Shown piece by piece: positions 32,743 to 42,045 of a DNA stretch of 64,000 nucleotides (the first letter of the stretch is position 1; each line of letters begins with the position of its first letter). The translations under genes and the position numbers were made by a program. The DNA is from Pseudomonadota bacterium (lineage in GTDB: Bacteria; Pseudomonadota; Gammaproteobacteria; Ga0077536). The notes beneath the pieces are model-generated. The model saw only the letters and a program-made list of their open reading frames with translations. It did not search any database and was not told the DNA's origin. The stretch spans positions 1,844-65,843 of the forward strand of contig JAYYOR010000021.1 in the NCBI GenBank assembly GCA_036130055.1, in the 5' to 3' direction.

Positions 32743-34011
32743 ATGTTATCGTTAATCAAACAAGTTAGCGGGATTGATCCGACTGTTCCAGCCTGGTTAC
32801 GTTCTAGACGAAACCTAGCATCCGAGCAAATCCAAAAGATACCATTTCCAAGTAACAGACAAGAACATTGGAAGTATCTTCCAATGGATAACCTAAAAAA
32901 TTCAAATTTTGAGACCATAGGCAATGAAAACATTCCAGATGATCCAGAAAATTTATTTCAATCCATTCTGAAAGACGAATCATATAAAATATTTCTGATA
33001 AATGGCGAAGTAATCAAAATCGATCCCCGATTAAATTCGTTTCTCAAAGTAAGCCGATTTCTAGATTGTTTAAAATTAGAGAAAAATTTTTATAAAGCCC
33101 TTTCAAAACCGGAAACATCCGATCCTTATTTTTACTTTCTGAACACAGTAATGCAAAAAGATGGCCTGCTAATCGAAATTCCAGAAAACCTTGTGCTTGA
33201 TTTGCCAATACACATTATTTATTTGGGACCCACTAAATCACTTACGGTGAGTTCACCAAACCTGATTATTCAGATATCGCCAAACTCTTCAGTCAAACTG
33301 ATAGAAGAGTTTCATGATACGGAAACCACCAACACATTAACAAATACGGTCACTCACATAGAGATAGGAAGCGATTCAAATGTGACACATGATCGGATAG
33401 TCAAGGCAGGAGCAGAAAATTTTCATTTTGGACAGTTGAATTTTGAACTAGGAAGAAATGCAAAATTACGTTCCAACTCTTTGGCAGTTGATGGAAAAAT
33501 TACAAGAGTAGACTTGAACGTTAACCTGAACGAAAAAGGAAGTGATTGTGACCTAAAAGGGTTATATCTAATTAAAAAAAAGTGCATTGTAGACCATCAT
33601 ACCGCTATATTTCATAACTCAGAGCTAACAAAAAGTTCGGAATTGTACAGAGGAATAATTAATGGTAACGGACTTGGAATTTTCAATGGCAAAGTTGTCG
33701 TCAAAAAAGATATATCAAGAATTGCAGCAAAACAATACAACAACAACCTCCTCCTATCAGACAGGGCAAGCGCAAATACGAAACCTGAACTTCAAATTCA
33801 TTCGGACGATGTGAGTTGCTCGCATGGCGCAACAATTGGTCAGCTTGACACAGAATCGCTATTTTACCTGAGGTCTAGAGGGATAAAACTAGAACAGGCA
33901 CAACTTCTTATGATAAAAGGTTTTATACAAGAAGTACTATCAGAAAATTATCAATTTTACAGTGAAAAATTTATATCTAACTCTTTAGGCATAGAAAAGA
34001 ATATAACATGA
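32743..34011 (+). CDS. sufD: Fe-S cluster assembly protein SufD
   Basis: SufBD C-terminal domain. Position after sufC. Confidence 0.88.
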   Translation: MLSLIKQVSGIDPTVPAWLRSRRNLASEQIQKIPFPSNRQEHWKYLPMDNLKNSNFETIGNENIPDDPENLFQSILKDESYKIFLINGEVIKIDPRLNSFLKVSRFLDCLKLEKNFYKALSKPETSDPYFYFLNTVMQKDGLLIEIPENLVLDLPIHIIYLGPTKSLTVSSPNLIIQISPNSSVKLIEEFHDTETTNTLTNTVTHIEIGSDSNVTHDRIVKAGAENFHFGQLNFELGRNAKLRSNSLAVDGKITRVDLNVNLNEKGSDCDLKGLYLIKKKCIVDHHTAIFHNSELTKSSELYRGIINGNGLGIFNGKVVVKKDISRIAAKQYNNNLLLSDRASANTKPELQIHSDDVSCSHGATIGQLDTESLFYLRSRGIKLEQAQLLMIKGFIQEVLSENYQFYSEKFISNSLGIEKNIT

Positions 34012-35255
34012 ACCAGAAAAAATCCGATAGCAAAAGTAAATTTAATGAGTCATTAGTCCGAAAAGATTTTCCTATTTTAAATAAAAAGGTCAACGGAAAA
34101 AAACTAGTCTACGCAGACAGCGCAGCAACAACGCAAAAACCTACCCAAGTTATTGACAAAATAAATAATTATTATTCTAGTCAAAATGCTAATGTTCATA
34201 GAGGGATTCATGCGCTAAGCGAAGAAGCAACAAGGGAGTTCGAAAAATCTAGAGAAATAATAGCCAATTTCATAAACGCTAATTCGTCAACCGAAATAAT
34301 TTTTACAAAGGGAGCAACCGAATCGATCAATCTTGTAGCTCAAAGTTTCGGAGAAAAATTCATAGAAAAAAATGATGAAATACTTATATCGACAATGGAA
34401 CATCATTCAAACATCGTGCCATGGCAAATCCTCAGCCAAAGAAAGGATGCTAAATTAAAAATTATACCCGTATCAGACAATGGTGAAATAATCATTGATG
34501 AATTAGAAAAGCTTGTTACTACGAGAACGAAAATAGTAGCTCTAAACCACGTGTCAAATGCTCTTGGTACCATAAATCCAGTTACTAAACTTACGAAAAT
34601 AGCAAAGAAGTTTGGGGCTAAGGTCTTGATCGATGGAGCACAAGGCTGCGTAAATGACTTAGTCGATGTCCAACGAATTGGATGTGATTTTTATGTGTTT
34701 TCTGGGCACAAAGCCCTTGGACCAACGGGGATAGGTGTGCTATATGGTCGGCAGGATCTACTTGAGGATATGCCTCCTTGGCAAGGAGGTGGAGATATGA
34801 TCAAAAAAGTCACTTTCGAGCAAACGACTTTTAATGATTTACCCTACAAATTTGAAGCGGGGACCCCAAATATCTCCGGAGCCATCGGACTTGCCGAAGC
34901 GTTAAAATATCTTTCAAAAATTGGGTTAACCGAAATAATAACACACGAGAAGGAACTATTAGAAATGGCAACCAAACGAGCGTTAGAGATCCCTAATTTA
35001 AAAATTATTGGTCAAGCCGAAAATAAGGCAGCCATAATATCATTTATAATAGATGATGCACATCCTCAAGACATCGGCACCCTTTTAGACCAACAAGGAG
35101 TGGCAATACGCTCAGGGCATCACTGTGTCATGCCTCTTATGGAAAGATTCGGATTAGAGGGAACAGCGAGGGCATCCTTTTGTTTATATAATAACGAAGA
35201 AGATGTAAATGCGGTGTTTGACGCCGTTGAAACCGCAGCAAAGTTACTGAGTTAA
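34008..35255 (+). CDS. sufS: Cysteine desulfurase SufS (class V aminotransferase, group II)
   Basis: PLP Lys region FSGHKALGPTG and catalytic Cys region RSGHHC. Confidence 0.92.
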   Translation: MNQKKSDSKSKFNESLVRKDFPILNKKVNGKKLVYADSAATTQKPTQVIDKINNYYSSQNANVHRGIHALSEEATREFEKSREIIANFINANSSTEIIFTKGATESINLVAQSFGEKFIEKNDEILISTMEHHSNIVPWQILSQRKDAKLKIIPVSDNGEIIIDELEKLVTTRTKIVALNHVSNALGTINPVTKLTKIAKKFGAKVLIDGAQGCVNDLVDVQRIGCDFYVFSGHKALGPTGIGVLYGRQDLLEDMPPWQGGGDMIKKVTFEQTTFNDLPYKFEAGTPNISGAIGLAEALKYLSKIGLTEIITHEKELLEMATKRALEIPNLKIIGQAENKAAIISFIIDDAHPQDIGTLLDQQGVAIRSGHHCVMPLMERFGLEGTARASFCLYNNEEDVNAVFDAVETAAKLLS

Positions 35256-35259
35256 TATT

Positions 35260-35811
35260 ATGGATATTATAAATTCGACCAGGGTTCTCCTGAGAGATTG
35301 CGAAGCGATAAAAATCCCAGACGGGATAACGGGAATTTTAAAAAAAGGACTAAATGTAAGTATAACCCAAGCACTAGGAGGCTCCCTAACCGTCGAATTT
35401 AATGGAAACCTTTACAAAATCAAAGTAGAGGATCGCGACGCTGTAATAGACTCAGAAGAATCGGACATTAGCCAATCCCTCAAAAAACACCCAACCAAAG
35501 AAATAGTGATAGAGGATATTTGGGAAATATTAAGAACATGCTATGACCCAGAGATTCCTATAAACATCGTAGAATTAGGTCTGGTCTATAGATGTGAGAT
35601 TCATAAAAAAGACAACAACATCAATGTCGAGATAGACATGACACTGACTGCGCCAGGGTGCGGTATGGGTCCATTCATTGTAGACGAGGTGCAAACAAAA
35701 ATTTCGGCGCTGCCCGATGTTGAGGAAGTATCCGTTGAACTTGTATTTGACCCTCCATGGAGTCAAGAAATGATGTCTGATGAGGCAAGGCTACAAGTTG
35801 GCCTATACTAA
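35260..35811 (+). CDS. sufT: Long-form SUF-associated DUF59 (MIP18) protein SufT
   Basis: C-terminal DUF59 (CYDPEIPINIVELGLVY...CGMG) preceded by an approximately 80-aa N-terminal extension. Last gene of the suf cluster. Confidence 0.8.
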   Translation: MDIINSTRVLLRDCEAIKIPDGITGILKKGLNVSITQALGGSLTVEFNGNLYKIKVEDRDAVIDSEESDISQSLKKHPTKEIVIEDIWEILRTCYDPEIPINIVELGLVYRCEIHKKDNNINVEIDMTLTAPGCGMGPFIVDEVQTKISALPDVEEVSVELVFDPPWSQEMMSDEARLQVGLY

Positions 35812-35812
35812 A

Positions 35813-35840
35813 TTTACAATTGTAAAAAATGCATTTTTTA
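35813..35840. promoter_or_regulatory. Two abutting perfect palindromes (TTTACAATTGTAAA and TAAAAAATGCATTTTTTA) followed by a TATAAT -10 at 35852-35857 upstream of ndk
   Basis: Read directly in the 75-nt sufT-ndk spacer. Could be an operator or dyad-protein site, or a weak AT-rich terminator, plus the ndk promoter. Confidence 0.3.
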
Positions 35841-35886
35841 AATTAAACCACTATAATTGAAAGCCTGTAATTTTAGGGTGCCAGAA

Positions 35887-36300
35887 ATGAGTAAACAGCA
35901 AACACTTTCTATAATCAAGCCAAATGCCGTCAAGAATAAGAACATAGGGGATATAATTTCTATCTTTGAAAAAAGTAGTCTGACCATAAAAAATGCAAAA
36001 CTGCTAAGATTAGATAAAAAAGATGCTGAAGGCTTCTATAAGGAACATATAAAAAAACCATTTTTTGATGAATTAGTGAAGTTTATGACTTCAGGCCCGA
36101 TATTAGCGCTGGTTTTAGAGGGTCCAAATGCTATCGAAGAAAACAGACGATTAATGGGAGCGACAAATCCAGCGGAAGCAAAAAGCGGAACTATTAGATC
36201 GCTATATGCAAACTCGATGACTGAAAATGCCGTCCATGGTTCTGACAGTCAAGACAGTGCAGAATCCGAAATTGCGTTCTTTTTTCATGATGAGAATTGA
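35887..36300 (+). CDS. ndk: Nucleoside diphosphate kinase
   Basis: IIKPNAV motif and co-linearity with E. coli Ndk. Internal ATG chosen over the TTG-extended track ORF. Confidence 0.93.
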   Translation: MSKQQTLSIIKPNAVKNKNIGDIISIFEKSSLTIKNAKLLRLDKKDAEGFYKEHIKKPFFDELVKFMTSGPILALVLEGPNAIEENRRLMGATNPAEAKSGTIRSLYANSMTENAVHGSDSQDSAESEIAFFFHDEN

Positions 36301-37378
36301 GAAGCACACAGAATTAAATCTTGCCGACTATGATAATGAACGTCTAGAAACCCTCTTCGACAAGATGGGGGAAAAGCCCTTTCGCGCTCGACAATTAATT
36401 CAGTGGATTCACAAACACGGTGTTATCGATATTACAAAGATGACATCTTTCAGCACTCGCCTTAGGGAATCTTTGAATAGTCATTACGTAATTGACATGC
36501 CAAGAGTAAAAAATCTACTTACCTCAGCTGATGGAACAACTAAGCTAATAATAGAGCTGGTTGATAAAAATATAATAGAAACGATTTTCATACCGGATAA
36601 TAATCGAGGTACTTTATGCATATCATCCCAAGCAGGATGCCAGTTAAATTGTTCATTTTGCGCAACGGCACAAGCCGGTTTTAACCGGAATCTTACTATC
36701 GGTGAAATAATCGGCCAGGTCTGGCTTGCAGCTAAGTTTTTGAAGCAATTTGAAACTGGAAAAAGATCTATCACTAATATTGTTTTCATGGGAATGGGTG
36801 AACCTCTTCTTAATCTTACCAACGTTTTACCAGCGATTCAGATTCTTCTCGACAATAATGCGTACAATATATCTAAAAACAAAATCACAGTAAGTACAGC
36901 TGGTATCGTGCCGGGAATCGAAAAGTTAAGCAAAGAAACGAATGTATCTTTGGCAATATCTTTACACGCTCCAGAAGACGAGCTTAGAAATCAATTAGTA
37001 CCTTTGAATAAAAAATATCCTCTAAATTTACTGTTTGAAGCCTGCCGGCAATATTTGAAAGACGATAATAATAGAAGTATCACATTTGAATATACTTTAA
37101 TGCAAGATATAAACGATTCAGAAAAATTAGCTAAAACACTTTTAGGACTTGTAAAACCCATTAAAGCCAAAATCAACCTAATTCCATATAATACTGTGTT
37201 TGGGCTATCCTACAAAACATCATCCGATGATAAAATTCTAAAATTTTGGAAAACATTAAATGATGGAGGAGTGTTAACAACCATTCGAAAAAACCGAGGA
37301 GAAGATATTTTGGCAGCGTGTGGACAGCTTTCTGGAGTCATTAAAAAACGAAACCCGACTTTTTCTCCAAATGTCTAG
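36287..37378 (+). CDS. rlmN: 23S rRNA (A2503-C2)/tRNA(A37-C2) methyltransferase RlmN
   Basis: Radical [11 protein letters not shown]. Co-linear with E. coli RlmN starting near INLLDL. Overlaps the ndk stop by 14 nt. Confidence 0.92.
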   Translation: MMRIEKHTELNLADYDNERLETLFDKMGEKPFRARQLIQWIHKHGVIDITKMTSFSTRLRESLNSHYVIDMPRVKNLLTSADGTTKLIIELVDKNIIETIFIPDNNRGTLCISSQAGCQLNCSFCATAQAGFNRNLTIGEIIGQVWLAAKFLKQFETGKRSITNIVFMGMGEPLLNLTNVLPAIQILLDNNAYNISKNKITVSTAGIVPGIEKLSKETNVSLAISLHAPEDELRNQLVPLNKKYPLNLLFEACRQYLKDDNNRSITFEYTLMQDINDSEKLAKTLLGLVKPIKAKINLIPYNTVFGLSYKTSSDDKILKFWKTLNDGGVLTTIRKNRGEDILAACGQLSGVIKKRNPTFSPNV

Positions 37379-38144
37379 AATAGAAATAGTGGCAATAGGT
37401 ACTTGCATTTTTAGCTCAATAGTGTTTTTGGCAGGATGTAACAATAGTTTGCAAAAAAATTCTAGACCTAAGATAGACCGAAACGAAATTGTAAAAATAA
37501 ATACTGAACTCGGCCTTTCATATATGCAAAATAATCAATTCAGCGATGCTGAGGAAAAATTAAACAAAGCCTTGAGAATTAACCCAAGAAACGCAGATAC
37601 GTTAAATGCAATGGCACTCTTAAAGTCAAAGACCAATCAGCAAGAAAAAGCGATTTATTATTTCCGCAAAGCCATAAAACTAGATAGGTCAGATCCGGCA
37701 ATTAATAATAATTATGGGCAATATCTTTGCGCAATAGGTTCACACAAAGAAGGTATTTATTATCTCAAAATTGCAATTAAAAATTATGAGATTCGTAACA
37801 AGACAATAGCATATTTTAACGCTGGAATATGTGCTGCAGCCTCTGGCGATCTCGATTATGCAGCTTCTAATATGACTAATGCACTCAATATAGACGAAAA
37901 CTACGGTCCGGCCTTATTGGAGTTATCATCTTTAATGATAAAGTTAGGTAATTACAATGAAGCAGAGCTTCTTCTCGGGCGTTTTAACAAGTTATCGAAG
38001 GCTACAGCCTCATCTCTATATAACGCCTACTTAATATCTGAAAAAAAAGGATATATTAATGAGAGTAAAAAGCTTAAGATCCTTTTAAAAAATCTTTTTC
38101 CCTTATCCGAAGAATTTAAAAAAATTAATGAAAAGAGCCAATAA
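37371..38144 (+). CDS. pilW: TPR-repeat lipoprotein; type IV pilus biogenesis/stability protein PilW (PilF)
   Basis: Signal peptide plus LAGC lipobox, then tandem TPR motifs. Sits in the ndk-rlmN-pilF position seen in Pseudomonas. Confidence 0.75.
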   Translation: MSRIEIVAIGTCIFSSIVFLAGCNNSLQKNSRPKIDRNEIVKINTELGLSYMQNNQFSDAEEKLNKALRINPRNADTLNAMALLKSKTNQQEKAIYYFRKAIKLDRSDPAINNNYGQYLCAIGSHKEGIYYLKIAIKNYEIRNKTIAYFNAGICAAASGDLDYAASNMTNALNIDENYGPALLELSSLMIKLGNYNEAELLLGRFNKLSKATASSLYNAYLISEKKGYINESKKLKILLKNLFPLSEEFKKINEKSQ

Positions 38145-38689
38145 TGTTAAACAAGGGTAGTAAAATAATTTTATCGAGTAAGCAGGCCCTTCTATTTTAT
38201 GGAATTGAATCAAAAAAATCATTTGAAATAGATGGTAACGTAGCAAATGTTGGAGATATGCTTAAGCATGCCCGTGAATATAGAAATGTCAGTGTCGAGC
38301 TTTTAGCAGCAAAGCTAAATTTAGAACCAAAAATAATTAGAAAGATTGAAGGCAATAGGTTCGCAGCTCTCTCGGGAGAAATCTTTGTCAGAGGCTATAT
38401 AGGATTATTAGCACGTGAACTAAATGCTGATCTTGAACCTTTGATGCAAGTCTACGAATTACAAAGAGGTCCCAAAGAAAATGATGAGAAGGAAATTGAC
38501 CTAAATCCTACAACGTCAAGCCAAAAAAAAATTGGTTTTGTAATTCTAGTTATTATATTTGCGTTATCTATTTATTACTTAAGTTACATCATACAATCAG
38601 ATTTCAAAGTTAATTCAACCAATTTTGAACCCGTTGATATCGATAAAAGTAAAAACCCACAAGATTATTTAAATATGTATTCAGAATGA
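38144..38689 (+). CDS. RodZ-like XRE-HTH membrane protein (HTH plus one TM, short periplasmic tail)
   Basis: HTH region MLKHAREYRNVSVELLAAKL...FVRGYIGLLARELN, then a TM at about residue 130. Sits between pilW and hisS. TAATG overlap with the pilW stop. The true start may be the internal Met. Confidence 0.7.
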   Translation: MLNKGSKIILSSKQALLFYGIESKKSFEIDGNVANVGDMLKHAREYRNVSVELLAAKLNLEPKIIRKIEGNRFAALSGEIFVRGYIGLLARELNADLEPLMQVYELQRGPKENDEKEIDLNPTTSSQKKIGFVILVIIFALSIYYLSYIIQSDFKVNSTNFEPVDIDKSKNPQDYLNMYSE

Positions 38690-38854
38690 GATTAATTCCT
38701 ATGACTATATAGCCTTTTAGCAGAAGCAGACCCAACTTTCTAATGCAATCTTTGCGTTTCTCAAGTATAAATCCCTAATGTAATTTATTAAGTTTTTTTA
38801 AAATAAACAGCTAATAGTGTACTATTAACCTTTATTTAACTTACACCGCTTAGA

Positions 38855-40123
38855 ATGAAAAACCAAATATTTAAATCCGTCAGAGGGATGAAAGACGGAC
38901 TTCCCGAAAATAATCTTGTACGGAGAAAAATTTTTTCAAAAATTATTAATAGAGCCGAACTATTTGGTTATAACGAAATAAATCTTCCGATTGTCGAATA
39001 TTCAGAAGTTTTTAAAAGAGGTATTGGTTTAGATACAGATGTAGTAAATAAGGAGATGTATTCTTTTCAAGATCGGAATGGTGAATACTTATCCCTCCGA
39101 CCTGAAGGAACAGCCGGTTGTGTAAGAGCTGTCCTAGAAAATAATTTACTAATCAGTCCACCACTCAGACTCTGGTATTTTGGTAAAATGTTCAGATACG
39201 AGAGACCTCAGAAAGGTAGACAAAGGCAATTTTCGCAATTTGGATTCGAATTATTTGGAATTAAAGACATATTCGCGGAATTTGAGCTCATTTGTTTGAT
39301 AGAGGATATCTGGGCAGAGCTTCAATTAAATGATCTAAGTTTGGAAATAAACTCTTTAGGCACAAATGATGAAAGACTGAAATACACCAACGCATTAGCT
39401 GAATATTTCGCACAATATAAAAAAGATTTCGACCAATCAACAATCGAGACTTTACAAAGAAATCCAATCAGATTGCTTGACAGTAAAAATCCAATTTTAT
39501 CCGAACTAAAAGAAAACGCACCAAAAATCCGACAATTTTTATCAATAAAATCTATTGCAAGAATTGATGACCTACAGGATTTACTTTCATCTAATGGAAT
39601 TTTAACTAACATTAATCCCTACCTGGTAAGAGGACTAGACTATTATTCTGATATAGTGTTCGAATGGAAAACCACTAGACTGGGAGCGCAAGATGCGGTT
39701 TGCGCAGGAGGAAGATATGATACACTTATAAGCAAAATGGGAGGAAACGAGGGCGCCGCAATTGGTTGCGCGATTGGGTTTGAAAGAATACTTTCAATAC
39801 TGTCAGATAGTCAGTTGAAATATAAAAAAAAACCAAAAGTCTACCTTACCGCTACAAACGACGAATTGGATAGCGAAGTATTTAAGATATGGAAAACGAT
39901 AAAAGCAGAGATTTCTGATAGCGTGCTGACTCTACATTTAAGTAAAGGCACTTTAAAATCAAGACTAAAAAGAGCCGATAAAAGTGACGCTTTCGCTGCA
40001 ATAATAATAGGGGAAGATGAATTAAGAAAAGAAAAGTTTTTAATAAAGCCATTGCGACTTAATGAGAAACAAGTTCTTTGTAATAAAAATGAACTTGGAG
40101 AAACACTTAAAAGATTTTTATAG
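38855..40123 (+). CDS. hisS: Histidyl-tRNA synthetase
   Basis: Class II aaRS motifs (RYERPQ.GR and GGRYD) and an anticodon-binding C-domain. Confidence 0.93.
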   Translation: MKNQIFKSVRGMKDGLPENNLVRRKIFSKIINRAELFGYNEINLPIVEYSEVFKRGIGLDTDVVNKEMYSFQDRNGEYLSLRPEGTAGCVRAVLENNLLISPPLRLWYFGKMFRYERPQKGRQRQFSQFGFELFGIKDIFAEFELICLIEDIWAELQLNDLSLEINSLGTNDERLKYTNALAEYFAQYKKDFDQSTIETLQRNPIRLLDSKNPILSELKENAPKIRQFLSIKSIARIDDLQDLLSSNGILTNINPYLVRGLDYYSDIVFEWKTTRLGAQDAVCAGGRYDTLISKMGGNEGAAIGCAIGFERILSILSDSQLKYKKKPKVYLTATNDELDSEVFKIWKTIKAEISDSVLTLHLSKGTLKSRLKRADKSDAFAAIIIGEDELRKEKFLIKPLRLNEKQVLCNKNELGETLKRFL

Positions 40124-40137
40124 GGTAAAATACGAAA

Positions 40138-40767
40138 ATGGAAGATGGACCAAATAGATATACAAATTTATTGAGATGGATAGTAAAGAATAAAATTTTT
40201 ATTAGCATAGGTTCTATCCTGGTAATTTTCTCGCTCATTATAGTCGTATTCAATAACATGCAGAGGATAGATGCAGAAAAAGACATGGCTGTCAGCTTTG
40301 AAAAAATGGTTGAATTTCTGCAAACAGGAAAATATTTTGAGGCAATTGAAATAGCAGAAACGCTACAAAAAACAAAGTCAAACTCTGAATACAAAAACTT
40401 ATCAGGCCTTTTGCTTGCGCAGTTATTAATTTTTAACAACCAAGAAGTTGAAGCTGAGGATGTCTTGCTCAGCATAATAAAAACGAAAGGCCATTTAAAA
40501 CTAAATCAAGTCGCCGTTGTCAGGTTAATAAGATTATACATTTCGCAAAATGAATATGCCAAAGCGCATGAAATGGCAAAAAAAAATAAGATAACACTAC
40601 CGACTGATTCTTTTAAAGAAATACTTGCAGACCTTGAAGCGAATAAGGGCAACCATGAGATAGCTTATCGGCTATATGAGGAACTCATTATGCAAGCTCG
40701 TGTTTCAGGTCAATCTCCAGAGCTATTTATTTTAAAAAAAAATAACTTAAAAAAACCAGCAGAATAA
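40138..40767 (+). CDS. yfgM: YfgM-like membrane-anchored TPR protein (UPF0070)
   Basis: N-terminal TM anchor plus a helical TPR-like domain. Sits in the hisS-yfgM-bamB-der position. Confidence 0.7.
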   Translation: MEDGPNRYTNLLRWIVKNKIFISIGSILVIFSLIIVVFNNMQRIDAEKDMAVSFEKMVEFLQTGKYFEAIEIAETLQKTKSNSEYKNLSGLLLAQLLIFNNQEVEAEDVLLSIIKTKGHLKLNQVAVVRLIRLYISQNEYAKAHEMAKKNKITLPTDSFKEILADLEANKGNHEIAYRLYEELIMQARVSGQSPELFILKKNNLKKPAE

Positions 40768-40768
40768 A

Positions 40769-42034
40769 ATGAATTTTCGTAAATCAAAGATCGCACTATA
40801 TTTTATAGGGCTAGCATTACTCACAGGATGTTCTTCTTTTGGCAACGGTGATAAAAAGTTAAAAGAGGGAGTTTCCGAGCCTCAAAAGTTATCAAAAGAC
40901 GGAACCTCTATCGACCCTCGGGATAATACAAGAATAAAAAAGAAAAAAAAAATTAAGCTTAAACCGTCAAAATTAGAAAGAAAGTTTAAATCGACGGTAG
41001 ATGTTTTTGTTTTATGGAAGAAAAAAATAGGGGAGGGCATGGGTAATGGCAAGATAGAAATGGAACCAAACATTAACAATGAAAGGGTTTATATAACTGA
41101 CTATACAGGAGCTCTTTACGTAATCGATTTATTGAGTGGCAAAAAGATTTGGTCGCTAAAAGATAAAAACGTTGAATACACAAGTACCCCAGGTTTAGGT
41201 GAAAACCTAGTTATAGTAGGCACGGGGGAGGGGAAACTCATTGCTAGAGAAAAGGAGTCTGGCACTTTAAAGTGGGTTTCAAAACTGCCAAGTGAAGTGC
41301 TTTCAAAACCTTTAGAAACAGAAAGCTTTGTAATTGCTAGAAGCAATGATGGTTCCGTCCACGCATTAGATAAAAAAAATGGCCAAGAAGTTTGGAATTT
41401 CCAAAAAACAGCCCCGAAATTATCCGTAAGAGGTAACAGCAACCCTTTGCGGGTTGATGATAGTGTTGTAATTGGCTGGGATGATGGCAGAATGACTGCT
41501 CTTGATTTGGAAACTGGCAAAATTATTTGGAATGCAACGGTGGCAGTACCTACTGGACAAACTGATCTAGAAAGGATGGTGGATATAGATGGAAACTTAA
41601 TATTAGATGGAGCAGACATATATATTTGCAGTTATGGAACAGGGGTCACATCTGTATCATCTCTAGATGGCAAAATAAACTGGAATAGAGAAATATCCAG
41701 TCCTTTTAGTCCTGCGGTAGGAGCCGACTATGTTTATGTTGTTGATGAAAAGAGCATAATTTGGGCATTCGATAAAGTCACCGGAAACTCAGTCTGGAAA
41801 AAAAGCAATTTTGAGAGACGCGCTCTATCCCCACCATTAGTGTATAAAGATTTTCTGATTGTTGGTGATTTTGATGGATATACGCACTGGTTAGACTCTA
41901 AGACTGGCGAACAAGTTTATAGAAAAAAAATTGCAAATGAAGCAATTCGTGTTAGTGGGGCAACCGACAATGCGATAGTAGTATTGACAGCGCAAGATGG
42001 GAAGACGGTAGCCTTAGAATTTAATGAAAATTAG
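40769..42034 (+). CDS. bamB: Outer membrane protein assembly factor BamB (PQQ beta-propeller lipoprotein)
   Basis: LTGCSS lipobox. PQQ repeats co-linear with E. coli BamB. A Lys-rich segment follows the signal peptide. Confidence 0.9.
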   Translation: MNFRKSKIALYFIGLALLTGCSSFGNGDKKLKEGVSEPQKLSKDGTSIDPRDNTRIKKKKKIKLKPSKLERKFKSTVDVFVLWKKKIGEGMGNGKIEMEPNINNERVYITDYTGALYVIDLLSGKKIWSLKDKNVEYTSTPGLGENLVIVGTGEGKLIAREKESGTLKWVSKLPSEVLSKPLETESFVIARSNDGSVHALDKKNGQEVWNFQKTAPKLSVRGNSNPLRVDDSVVIGWDDGRMTALDLETGKIIWNATVAVPTGQTDLERMVDIDGNLILDGADIYICSYGTGVTSVSSLDGKINWNREISSPFSPAVGADYVYVVDEKSIIWAFDKVTGNSVWKKSNFERRALSPPLVYKDFLIVGDFDGYTHWLDSKTGEQVYRKKIANEAIRVSGATDNAIVVLTAQDGKTVALEFNEN

Positions 42035-42045
42035 AAATAAGTTAA

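Noticed and set aside
35857-36300. N-terminally extended track ORFs: the TTG-extended ndk, rlmN from 36227, pilW from 37320, polA from 60461, ilvA from 53919, valS from 26160, folK and panC.
   Set aside because: Homology to known N-termini and signal-peptide/lipobox logic support the internal ATG in each case. The extensions come from permissive TTG/GTG start calling.
40943-40952. A(10) homopolymer inside bamB; also T(10) at about 20147-20156 in panC and T(9) at about 55845-55853 in hisE. These could be phase-variation slippage tracts.
   Set aside because: Each encodes an in-frame Lys-Lys-Lys run, which is normal in an AT-rich genome. No frameshifted continuation ORF is present.
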